DNA of 64,000 nucleotides from Eukaryota sp. TZLM1-RC (Eukaryota > Protista > Metamonada: BaSk clade): positions 62,001 through 126,000 of the forward strand of contig JAUPSS010000010.1 in assembly GCA_040285825.1 (NCBI GenBank), read 5' to 3'. A program made the translations under genes and the position numbers. The notes beneath the pieces are model-generated. The model did no database searches. It was not told the DNA's origin and saw nothing but the letters and a program-made list of their open reading frames with translations. Below are positions 1 to 11,935 of the stretch, one piece after another. Position 1 is the first letter of the stretch. Every line of letters starts with the position of its first letter.

Positions 1-1597
1 GCTATCCATCCTTTAATGTGTGAATTAAAACAAGAATTTCCAGATGTTCATATAACTGCTTATATGGATGACATATCAATAATTGGTCCAATTGATTCAT
101 TGAGAACAATTGCTGAAATTGTTCAACAGCGCTATTATCAAATTGGTCTTTCTCTAAATATTTCCAAATGTTTATTGATTGGTAGAGAGCCTGCTGATCT
201 CATTATTGATGATCAAAGTGTTCCTTTTATCAAATATTTTGAATCAGGATTTCGTTTTTTAGGTTGTTATTTAGGCAATTTTGATGAAATTCGAAATCAA
301 CTTTCCTCTCTTTTGGATAACTTTGAAGAAGAATTGATGGTTCTTTCAGATTTAAATATTGAAAAACATCTTAAATTTTTCTTCCTCAGAATTTGTTATT
401 CTAAAATTGTCAAAGATTTTTGAAAGCTTGGATTTTGATGTTAGACTTGGCTTGGCCAAGAAAAAGAATCCCGCTTTTGCAAATCTTTTACAAGATATGT
501 GTGACAGTACTTCTTCTGCCTTAGTAACAACAATTCCCCAAGTTTATGGTACTCTCTTAACTGATTCTGCTTGGACTCTGAATATGAGATTTCGTTCCTT
601 TATTTGGCCTGATAATTTACCTCATAATTTAATTTGTAAATGTTCTCGAGAATGTACAATTACTCATTTGTTAAATTTCAAACATTTTATTACTTTTAGA
701 AGCAAGGTTCATGATGCTGTAAGAGACCAGTTATATTGTATGTGTAAATCTCATAGAATTGAATCCTTCTTGGAACCTCTGTTGTCAAATCTGTTTGATG
801 CTGAAGATGATTTTCATAAGAATAATAGAGGTGATGTTGTATTACCTGGATTAGATGGAAGTTTCATTTTATTGGATGTAATGTCTGTTGATCCTTGTAA
901 TGCCTCAAATGAAAGGCTTGTTAATTCTGAAATTCATAATCCTCTTTCAAATGCTGAAAATTTCAAATTCAAAAAATACAATGAACCTTTGTCCAAATTG
1001 GCCAGTCTACAGCATGCAAAATACAATTTGTATCCATTTGTATTTTCCCTTTTTGGTTCACTTGCACCAACTGCTTTACGTTTTTTGGAAGATTTTGAAA
1101 TGATTGTAAAGAGAAGAACTGGCTGAAATTTCAACAGATTGTTTTGGCAAAATAGAATTGTGTTTTCTATTTTTAAAAGGATGTTGAAGATGGTTTCTGA
1201 TGCTTTGCTTTCTCTTGGATCTCACTATGAGAGAGTTGCATCTAGTGTTTTTGTTTTGGGAGAGATGGATTTTTTAGATGTTGATTTATAGGTTTTGAAT
1301 AAAATTAAAATTTTGGTTAAAAAAAGAATTTGTTATTCAGGGAAATTTACTCATATTTTACGATCAACATCACCATCTATTTCTCTCGAATTTTGCAGAA
1401 TTTTTAATGACTTAAGAACAAAATTTTTGGCTATTTTGCTCGATATTGATTCTTCTTTTTTACGTAGTCATATTTTTTGTAGCACAGAATTGGGAGGCCT
1501 GGATTTTCACAAATCAAAATATTTGTGTAAAGCCGCATTCATCGGTGGAGGCAAAAATTTCGTTTTTGAATTTTTGAAACGTTTTCCTGAAAACCAA
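1..1597 (+). mobile_element. Family B non-LTR retrotransposon, RT/thumb fragment (1-401 and 1325-1597), split by a family C insertion
   Basis: ITAYMDD RT motif; 14-bp TSD agaatttgttattc at 388-401 and 1325-1338. Confidence 0.9.
402..1324 (+). mobile_element. Family C 5'-truncated copy (zinc motif + RLE + 3' end)
   Basis: CKC..HLLN..HDAVRD, RGD..LDV..KKY; premature TGA at 1124; ends MDFLDVDL*, AATAAA, A-tail; bounded by TSD. Confidence 0.92.
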
Positions 1598-2207
1598 CAA
1601 TTCATCAAAATATTTGACCAAAGTTGCATTTATTGGTGGTGGAAAAAATTTTGTATTTGAATTCTCTAGAAGATATCCTTTTGCCGAAAATCTTCTTGAA
1701 ACTACAAATAGCCTATTCCTCGATAACTTAAGAGAAGAAATATCCAGTTTATCTCCCGACTTATGGCAATCATGTTTCCCCATATCCATTCAAGAAATTC
1801 CAGACAGAAGTTTGTATTCATTAAAATTTGCGTTGAAAAAGCTCCAACGACATCTCTTGAAAAAATTTGAAAGCAAGGATTTTATTGTTCGACTTAGCAC
1901 GGCTAAGAAAGAAAATCCTGCTTTTGCAAATTTTTTGATTGATTTGAAGGACAGTTCATCTGCAGTTTTGATAAATCAAATTCCCCAGATTTATGGCCTA
2001 CTTTTGAATGACGACCAATGGACCACTGCTATGAGAATGCGTTGTTATTTATGGCCTTGTAATTTGCCCAATGATTTGTTTTGAAAATGTGGAGCTGGTT
2101 TGACATTATCACATTTATTTAATTGTAATAGATTTATTTCCTATCGTTCTACGTTTCATGATGCAGTAAGAGATCAAATCCATGCAATGTGTAATTCCTA
2201 TCATATT
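1598..2207 (+). mobile_element. Family A fragment (thumb/zinc region)
   Basis: Near-identical to other A copies, e.g. ORF 6333..7688. Confidence 0.9.
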
Positions 2208-2871
2208 TTTTTTTATTAATTTTAATTTATTTTCCAAACCACAGTCCGGGAGAGATGGATTTTTTAGATGTTGATTTATAGGTTTTGAATAAAATTAAAA
2301 TTTTGGTAAAAAAAACCACAGTCTAAAAGTCAATATCTTCAAAACAAGCTTCCACACCATCAAACCTCACAGCAGCAATGTGTTCGTAATGTGCACTGAC
2401 AGACATCAAAGCTTTCGAGATCATTTTAGGAATTGATTTGAAAATAGTAAAAACAATACGATTTAGCCACAAGCGACGATCAAAACGCTTATTCATTCTT
2501 CTTTTTACAAGATTTTCAAAATCATCAATAAAATTCATAGCAGTATTTCCAAGACGACCATATAACGATATAGCAAATGGGCAAATTTGGTAATCTACAT
2601 GGCGAACATGTTTCAATTCTTTTAAAGGATTTGCATATTTTTTTCGTTTGTACAATTCGGAGTCATCAAGGGGAGATACTTCGGATTGTGCATTTCTCAA
2701 GGCATTTTTCTTGCAAACATCCACTGTTACAACATCAACAACATTCATGACATCATCAAACGAGGGCACAACAACATCAGCACGTCGTTTTCCATATTCT
2801 GAATCTCTTACGCTTTCATTTATATCAAGAGACCTCAGCAAAGGTTCTACAAAAGATTCAATATGATAGGA
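2208..2871 (-). mobile_element. Family A 3' part (RLE to poly(A)), inverted; contains a 66-bp family C tail at 2247-2312 (+)
   Basis: ORF ends ACFEDIDF*; C micro-insert flanked by TSD aaaccacagtc (2236-2246, 2313-2323). Confidence 0.9.
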
Positions 2872-2886
2872 TCCAGCTATATGATA

Positions 2887-5312
2887 TCCAGCTGAATTTC
2901 TTAATTTGGATAAACCACCTGCTTCACAATTTTGGAAACAAAATCCACTTTCTGAAAAAGAAGTTGAAACGGCCATTTTTCGTCTTCCATCTGGAAAAGC
3001 TCCAGGTCCATCTGGAATAACTTTTGATATGTTGAAATCCGTGTGCCGCCAAAATTCCTTTATTATTAAAGATTTATGTTTCTTTTTTCAAGATGTTTTG
3101 ACAATGAAAATTGTTCCACCCAAAGAATTAAGTGCATCACGGTCAGTGGCTTTAACTAAACCTAATGGAAAAGTTCGCCCAATTGCTATTGGTGAAGCCA
3201 TTTATCGCCTGATGTCTTCAGTAATTTTTAACCGAGTTTCAACAAAAGCTAAAGAATACTTTTCTCCATTCCAGTATGGAATCAAAACCATAGATGGAAC
3301 TTCAGTTGCGGCTTTGACATCTGATCTATTTTTCAATTGTCACGAAAATAGTTGCATTTTTAATCTTGATTTCAAAAATGCTTTCAATTCAGTGAAAAGA
3401 GATTCAATTTGGAAAGAAATCAAATCAAATTTTCCTGAACTCGAAACCTTTTTTATAGGTTTTATGGTAATTCATCTGATTTAATTTTTAATTCCTTTAA
3501 TCTTGATTCTTTATCAGGAGTTAAACAAGGAGACCCTTTAGGTCCTTTCTTTTTTTGTCTTGCAATTCACCCAATCTTGAAAAAATTAAAAGAAGAAAAT
3601 TCTGACCTTCAAGTGGTAGCCTACATGGATGACATTTCTTGTATTGGTCCTGAAAGTACAATTAATAGGGTTGCTAATGAAGCTGCTACATTATACCAAT
3701 CCATAGGTCTTGAGTTGAATGTTCAAAAATGTTTTTGTATTTCTAGGAAAAATGTTAAGTTAATAATTAATTCCCTCGAAGTTCCATATATTGATTATAC
3801 TTCAACTAGTTTCTGCTTTCTTGGTTGCTATTTAGGTTCCGCCGAAAAGACACTTGATAGCCTTGAAAACTATTTAAATTCAATTAAAAAAGAGCTAGAA
3901 GTCATAAAGACCCTTGAATTGGAAAAACATCTTAAGTTTTTTCTTTTGAAAATTTGTTATGCTGGAAAAATTACTCATTTACTGAGATCATTACCTCCAT
4001 CCCTAACTTACAATTTTTGTAGACAATTTAACAAAATACGTACTGAATTTTTGGCTTATTTAATGTCTGTTGATCCATCAATTTTGAAAAATCATATTTT
4101 TTCTGATGCTCAACTTGGCGGTGTTGGATTCAATTCATCAAAATATTTGACCAAAGCTGCATTTATTGGTGGTGGAAAAATTTTGTATTTGAATTCTCTA
4201 GAAGATATTCTTTGCAGAAAATCTTCTTGAAACTACAAATAGCCTATTCCTCGATAACTTAAGAGAAGAAATATCCAGTTTATCTCCCGACTTATGGCAA
4301 TCATGTTTCCCCATATCCATTCAAGAAATTCCAGACAGAAGTTTATATTCATTAAAATTTGCGCTGAAAAAGCTCCAACGACATCTTTTGAAAAATTTGA
4401 AAGCAAGGATTTTATTGTTCGACTTAGCACGGCTAAGAAAGAAAAATCCTGCTTTTGCAAATTTTTTGATTGATTTGAAGGACAGTTCATCTGCAGTTTT
4501 GATAGATCAAATTCCCCAGATTTATGGCCTATTTTTGAATGACGACCAATGGACTACTGCTATGAGAATGCGTTGTTATTTATGGCCTTGTACATTGCCC
4601 AATGATTTGTTTTGCAAATGTGGAGCTGGTTTGACATTATCACATTTATTCAATTATAATAGATTTATTTCCTATCGTTCTACGTTGCATGATGCAGTCA
4701 GAGATCAAATCCATGCAATGTGTAATTCCTATCATATTGAATCTTTTGTAGAACCTTTGTTGAGGTCTCTTGATATAAATGAAAGCGTAAGAGATTCAGA
4801 ATATGGAAAACGACGTGCTGATGTTGTTGTGCCCTCGTTTGATGATGTCATGAATGTTGTTGATGTCGTAACAGTGGATGTTTGCAAGAAAAATGCCTTG
4901 AGAAATGCACAATCCGAAGTATCTCCCCTTGATGACTCCGAATTGTACAAACGAAAAAAATATGCAAATCCTTTAAAAGAATTGAAACATGTTCGCCATG
5001 TAGATTACCAAATTTGCCCATTTGCTATATCGTTATATGGTCGTCTTGGAAATACTGCAATGAATTTTATTGATGATTTTGAAAATCTTGTGAAAAGAAG
5101 AATGAATAAGCGTTTTGATCGTCGCCTGTGGCTAAATCGTATTGTTTTTACTATTTTCAAATCAATTCCTAAAATGATTTCGAAAGCTTTGATGTCTGTC
5201 AGTGCACATTACGAAGAAATTGCTGTTGTGAGGTTTGATGGTGTGTAAGCTTGTTTTGAAGATATTGACTTTTAGACTGTGGTTTAACAATAAATTAAAA
5301 ATTAAAAAAAAC
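2887..5312 (+). mobile_element. Family A, 2.4-kb 5'-truncated copy (RT, zinc motif, RLE, 3' end), frameshifted
   Basis: ORFs 2906..3484, 3577..4230 and 4388..5248 are consecutive parts of one RT-RLE protein; AATAAA + A-tail. Confidence 0.93.
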
Positions 5313-5425
5313 GGGATTCTTTTCTTTAGCCAAGCTAAGACGAACAGTGAAATCCAAGTTTTCAAAAACTTTTAATATCTTTTTCTGCAATTTAGCATAT
5401 GCAAATTTCAAGGAAATCAAACTCA

Positions 5426-7553
5426 AATAACTTTTGATATGCTGAAATCTGTGTGCCGCCAAAATTCCTTTATTATTAAAGATTTATGTTCCTTTTTTTC
5501 AAGATGTTTTGACAATGAAAATTGTTCCACCTAAAGAATTAAGTGCATCACGGTTAGTGGCTTTAACTAAACCTAATGGAAAAAGTTCGCCCAATTGCTA
5601 TTGGTGAAGCCATTTATCGCCTGATGTCTTCAGTAATTTTTAACCGAGTTTCAACAAAAGCTAATGAATACTTTTTATCCATTCCAATATGGAATCAAAA
5701 CCATAGATGGAGCTTCAGTTGCGGCTTTGACATCTGATCTATTTTTCAATTGTCACGAAAATAGTTGCATTTTTAATCTTGATTTCAAAAATGCTTTCAA
5801 TTCAGTGAAAAGAGATTCAATTTGGAAAGAAATCAAATCAAATTTTCCTGAACTCGAAACCTTTTTTTATAGGTTTTATGGTAATTCATCTGATTTAATT
5901 TTTAATTCTTTTAATCTTGATTCTTTATCAGGAGTTAAACAAGGAGACCCTTTAGGTCCTTTCTTTTTTTGTCTTGCAATTCACCCAATTTTGAAAAAAA
6001 TTAAAAGAAGAAAATTCTGACCTTCAAGTGGTAGCATACATGGATGACATTTCTTGTATTGGTCCAGAAAATACAATTAATAGGGTTGCTAATGAAGCTG
6101 CTACATTATACCAATCCATAGGTCTTGAGTTGAATGTTCAAAATGTTTTTGTATTTCTAGGAAAAATGTTAAGTTAATAATTAATTCCCTCGAAGTTCCA
6201 TATATTGATTATACTTCAACTAGTTTCTGCTTTCTTGGTTGCTATTTAGGTTCCGCCGAAAAGACACTTGATAGCCTTGAAAACTATTTAAATTCAATTA
6301 AAAAAGAGCTAGAAGTCATAAAGACCCTTGAATTGGAAAAACATCTTAAGTTTTTTCTTTTGAAAATTTGTTATGCTGGAAAAATTACTCATTTACTGAG
6401 ATCATTACCTCCATCCCTAACTTACAATTTTTGTAGACAATTTAACAAAATACGTACTGAATTTTTGGCTTATTTAATGTCTGTTGATCCATCAATTTTG
6501 AAAAATCATATTTTTTCTGATGTTCAACTTGGCGGTGTTGGATTCAATTCATCAAAATATTTGACCAAAGCTGCATTTATTGGTGGTGGAAAAAATTTTG
6601 TATTTGAATTCTCTAGAAGATATTCTTTTGCAGAAAATCTTCTTGAAACTTCAAATAGCCTATTCCTCGATAACTTAAGAGAAGAAATATCCAGTTTATC
6701 TCCCGACTTATGGCAATCATGTTTCCCCATATCCATTCAAGAAATTCCAGACAGAAGTTTGTATTCTTTAAAATTTGCGTTGAAAAAGCTCCAACGACAT
6801 CTCTTGAAAAAATTTGAAAGCAAGGATTTTATTGTTCGACTTAGCACGGCTAAGAAAGAAAATCCTGCTTTTGCAAATTTTTTGATTGATTTGAAGGACA
6901 GTTCATCTGCAGTTTTGATAAATCAAGTTCCCCAGATTTATGGCCTACTTTTGAATGACGACCAATGGACCACTGCTATGAGAATGCGTTGTTATTTATG
7001 GCCTTGTAATTTGCCCAATGATTTGTTTTGCAAATGTGGAGCTGGTTTGACATTATCACATTTATTTAATTGTAATAGATTTATTTCCTATCGTTCTACG
7101 TTGCATGATGCAGTCAGAGATCAAATCCATGCAATGTGTAATTCCTATCATATTGAATCTTTTGTAGAACCTTTGCTGAGGTCTCTTGATATAAATGAAA
7201 GCGTAAGAGATTCAGAATATGGAAAACGACGTGCTGATGTTGTTGTGCCCTCGTTTGATGATGTCATGAATGTTGTTGATGTTGTAACAGTGGATGTTTG
7301 CAAGAAAAATGCCTTGAGAAATGCACAATCCGAAGTATCCCCCCTTGATGACTCCGAATTGTACAAACGGAAAAAGTATGCAAATCCTTTAAAAGAATTG
7401 AAACATGTTCGCCATGTAGATTACCAAATTTGCCCATTTGCTATATCGTTGTATGGTCGTCTTGGAAAAACTGCTTTGAATTTTATTGATGATTTTGAAA
7501 ATCTTGTAAAAAAAAGAATGAATAAGCGTTTTGATCGTCGCTTGTGGCTAAAT
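5426..7553 (+). mobile_element. Family A copy (RT to RLE), ended by an antisense family B 3' end; preceded by a B(-) stub at ~5313-5424
   Basis: ORFs 5664..6020 and 6333..7688; same junction as at 11935. Confidence 0.92.
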
Positions 7554-9183
7554 TTTTTTTTCAATAAATTGAAATTTATTTTCAACGCTAACAAAACATT
7601 AAACAAAAAACTAGAACTCAATATCCTCAATACACGCATCAACATCATCAAATCTTTTCAGCACGCGATTTTCATACTCTATTCCTAATTGTAACAGTGC
7701 TTTGGTCAACATTTCTGGAATTGCTTTAAGAATACTAAAAACAATTCTATTATGCCAGAAATTGAAGTTCAATTCTTTTCCTGCTCTTTCTTTTATTAAA
7801 CTTCTGAAAAATATGACTACGTAAAAAAGAAGAATCAATATCGAGCAAATTAGCCAAAAATTTTTGTTCTTAATTCATTAAAAATTCTGCAAAATTCGAG
7901 AGAAATAGATGGTGATGTTGATCGTAAAATATGAGTAAATTTCCCTGAATAACAAATTCTGAGGAAGAAAAATTTAAGATGTTTTTCAATATTTAAATCT
8001 GAAAGAACCATCAATTCTTCTTCAAAATTATCCAAAAGAGAGGAAAGTTGATTTCGAATTTCATCAAAATTGCCTAAATAACAACCTAAAAAACGAAATC
8101 CTGATTCAAAATAATTGATAAAAGGAACACTTTGATCATCAATAAAGAGATCAGCAGGCTCTCTACCAATCAATAAACATTTGGAAATATTTAGAGAAAG
8201 ACCAATTTGCTAATAGCGCTGTTGAACAATTTCAGCAATTGTTCTCAATGAATCAATTGGACCAATTATTGATATGTCATCCATATAAGCAGTTATATGA
8301 ACATCTGGAAATTCTTTTCCTGCTCTTTCTTTTATTAAACTTCTGAAATCTTTAAGAAATTTAATGCCAGATATTCCAATGTTACCAAAAAGAGAAACAG
8401 CAAATGGAACCAACTGATACTTGACATGCTCAACACGTCCTAGCTGAGATAAGGGTTCATTGTACTTTTTGATTTTGCTCTTTTCAGCAAAGCAAAGTGG
8501 AGTTTCATCTCTTTTAGCAAAATCAATTGCTGAGTCTTTACAAACATCAACAGTAACAACATCAACAACTTTAATAACACCATCAGACGCAGGGGTAATT
8601 AAATCAGCACGGCGTTTCCCAAAAGTATTTTCATCTTCATTTTCAGATGACAACCTTCGCACAAGTGGTTCAACAAAAGCTTCAATGTGATGACTTTTGC
8701 ACATAGCGTATAGTTGGTCTCTAACAGCATCGTGAACAACTGAGCGATATGTAATATTAAATTTGCAATTAAATAAATGATTCAGATTAATGAACTGACC
8801 ACAACGACAAATCAAATCATTTGGCACACTACATGGCCACAGAAAACACCTCATCCTGAAGGCAGTTTTCCATTGATGATCATTTAATAATAGACCATAT
8901 ACATTTGGAATCTGGGAAATAAGACAACTTGAGCTACTTTCCTTAAGGTCAATTAAAAAGTTTGCAAAAACGGGATTCTTTTCTTTAGCCAAGCTAAGAC
9001 GAACAGTGAAATCCAAGTTTTCAAAAACTTTTAATATCTTTTTCTGCAATTTAGTATATGCAAATTTCAAGGAAATCAAACTCCTGGGTGGAATTTCTTG
9101 AATATCAGCAGGAAAGCATTTGGACCATATGTGAGGAGAGATGCATTCAATTTCACTCTGCAAGGACACTAAATAGTCACTAA
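7554..9183 (-). mobile_element. Rearranged family B composite (zinc/RLE part fused to RT part, fused to 3' end)
   Basis: ORFs 8210..9169, 7850..8173, 7611..7838; microhomology junctions at ~8312 and ~7810. Confidence 0.85.
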
Positions 9184-9202
9184 CACAACATTAGTGACTA
9201 TT

Positions 9203-9632
9203 TCAGTAAATGAGTAATTTTTCCAGCATAACAAATTTTCAAAAGAAAAAACTTAAGATGTTTTTCCAATTCAAGGGTCTTTATGACTTCTAGCTCTTTT
9301 TTAATTGAATTTAAATAGTTTTCAAGGCTATCAAGTGTCTTTTCGGCGGAACCTAAATAGCAACCAAGAAAGCAGAAACTAGTTGAAGTATAATCAATAT
9401 ATGGAACTTCGAGGGAATTAATTATTAACTTAACATTTTTCCTAGAAATACAAAAACATTTTTGAACATTCAACTCAAGACCTATGGATTGGTATAATGT
9501 AGCAGCTTCATTAGCAACCCTATTAATTGTACTTTCAGGACCAATACAAGAAATGTCATCCATGTAGGCTACCACTTGAAGGTCAGAATTTTCTTCTTTT
9601 AATTTTTTCAAGATTGGGTGAATTGCAAGACA
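9203..9632 (-). mobile_element. Family A RT fragment, head-to-head with the next A copy
   Basis: ORF 9198..9611 with VVAYMDD. Confidence 0.9.
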
Positions 9633-11935
9633 CCCACTTGCTCCTGTGACTGATGAAACTGTAAATCAATTAGTTGATCTACATCCAGCTGAATTTCTTA
9701 ATTTGGATAAACCACCTGCTTCACAATTTTGGAAACAAAATCCACTTTCTGAAAAAGAAGTTGAAACGGCCATTTTTCGTCTTCCATCTGGAAAAGCTCC
9801 AGGTCCATCTGGAATAACTTTTGATATGTTGAAATCCGTGTGCCGCCAAAATTCCTTTATTATTAAAGATTTATGTTTCTTTTTTCAAGATGTTTTGACA
9901 ATGAAAATTGTTCCACCCAAAGAATTAAGTGCATCACGGTCAGTGGCTTTAACTAAACCTAATGGAAAAGTTCGCCCAATTGCTATTGGTGAAGCCATTT
10001 ATCGCCTGATGTCTTCAGTAATTTTTAACCGAGTTTCAACAAAAGCTAAAGAATACTTTTCTCCATTCCAGTATGGAATCAAAACCATAGATGGAACTTC
10101 AGTTGCGGCTTTGACATCTGATCTATTTTTCAATTGTTACGAAAATAGTTGTATTTTTAATCTTGATTTCAAAAATGCTTTCAATTCAGTGAAAAGAGAT
10201 TCAATTTGGAAAGAAATCAAATCAAATTTTCCTGAACTCGAAACCTTTTTTTATAGGTTTTATGGTAATTCATCTGATTTAATTTTTAATTCCTTTAATC
10301 TTGATTCTTTATCAGGAGTTAAACAAGGAGACCCTTTAGGTCCTTTCTTTTTTTGTCTTGCAATTCACCCAATCTTGAAAAAATTAAAAGAAGAAAATTC
10401 TGACCTTCAAGTGGTAGCCTACATGGATGACATTTCTTGTATTGGTCCAGAAAGTACAATTAATAGGGTTGCTAATGAAGTTGCTACATTATACCAATCC
10501 ATAGGTCTTGAGTTGAATGTTCAAAAATGTTTTTGTATTTCTAGGAAAAATGTTAAGTTAATAATTAATTCCCTCGAAGTTCCATATATTGATTATACTT
10601 CAACTAGTTTCTACTTTCTTAGTTGCTATTTAGGTTCCGCCGACAAGACACTTGATAGCCTTGAAAACTATTTAAATTCAATTAAAAAAGAGCTAGAAGT
10701 CATAAAGACCCTTGAATTGGAAAAACATCTTAAGTTTTTTCTTTTGAAAATTTGTTATGCTGGAAAAATTACTCATTTACTGAGATCATTACCTCCATCC
10801 CTAACTTACAATTTTTGTAGACAATTTAACAAAATACGTACTGAATTTTTGGCTTATTTAATGTCTGTTGATCCATCAATTTTGAAAAATCATATTTTTT
10901 CTGATGTTCAACTTGGCGGTGTTGGATTCAATTCATCAAAATATTTGACCAAAGCTGCATTTATTGGTGGTGGAAAAATTTTGTATTTGAATTCTCTAGA
11001 AGATATTCTTTGCAGAAAATCTTCTTGAAACTTCAAATAGCCTATTCCTCGATAACTTAAGAGAAGAAATATCCAGTTTATCTCCCGACTTATGGCAATC
11101 ATGTTTCCCCATATCCATTCAAGAAATTCCAGACAGAAGTTTGTATTCTTTAAAATTTGCGTTGAAAAAGCTCCAACGACATCTCTTGAAAAAATTTGAA
11201 AGCAAGGATTTTATTGTTCGACTTAGCACGGCTAAGAAAGAAAATCCTGCTTTTGCAAATTTTTTGATTGATTTGAAGGACAGTTCATCTGCAGTTTTGA
11301 TAAATCAAGTTCCCCAGATTTATGGCCTACTTTTGAATGACGACCAATGGACCACTGCTATGAGAATGCGTTGTTATTTATGGCCTTGTAATTTGCCCAA
11401 TGATTTGTTTTGCAAATGTGGAGCTGGTTTGACATTATCACATTTATTTAATTGTAATAGATTTATTTCCTATCGTTCTACGTTGCATGATGCAGTCAGA
11501 GATCAAATCCATGCAATGTGTAATTCCTATCATATTGAATCTTTTGTAGAACCTTTGCTGAGGTCTCTTGATATAAATGAAAGCGTAAGAGATTCAGAAT
11601 ATGGAAAACGACGTGCTGATGTTGTTGTGCCCTCGTTTGATGATGTCATGAATGTTGTTGATGTTGTAACAGTGGATGTTTGCAAGAAAAATGCCTTGAG
11701 AAATGCACAATCCGAAGTATCTCCCCTTGATGACTCCGAATTGTACAAACGAAAAAAATATGCAAATCCTTTAAAAGAATTGAAACATGTTCGCCATGTA
11801 GATTACCAAATTTGCCCATTTGCTATATCGTTATATGGTCGTCTTGGAAAAACTGCTATGAATTTTATTGATGATTTTGAAAATCTTGTAAAAAGAAGAA
11901 TGAATAAGCGTTTTGATCGTCGCTTGTGGCTAAAT

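Noticed and set aside
2648-2866. Recurrent small antisense ORFs (MYNSESSRGD.., MKFLPVLLF.., MGFAYLAIL..)
   Set aside because: Mirror frames of the RLE coding strand; they recur only because the elements recur.
3440-6150. Programmed frameshifting between consecutive ORFs
   Set aside because: Frameshifts fall at different homopolymers in different copies, consistent with decay or sequencing error.
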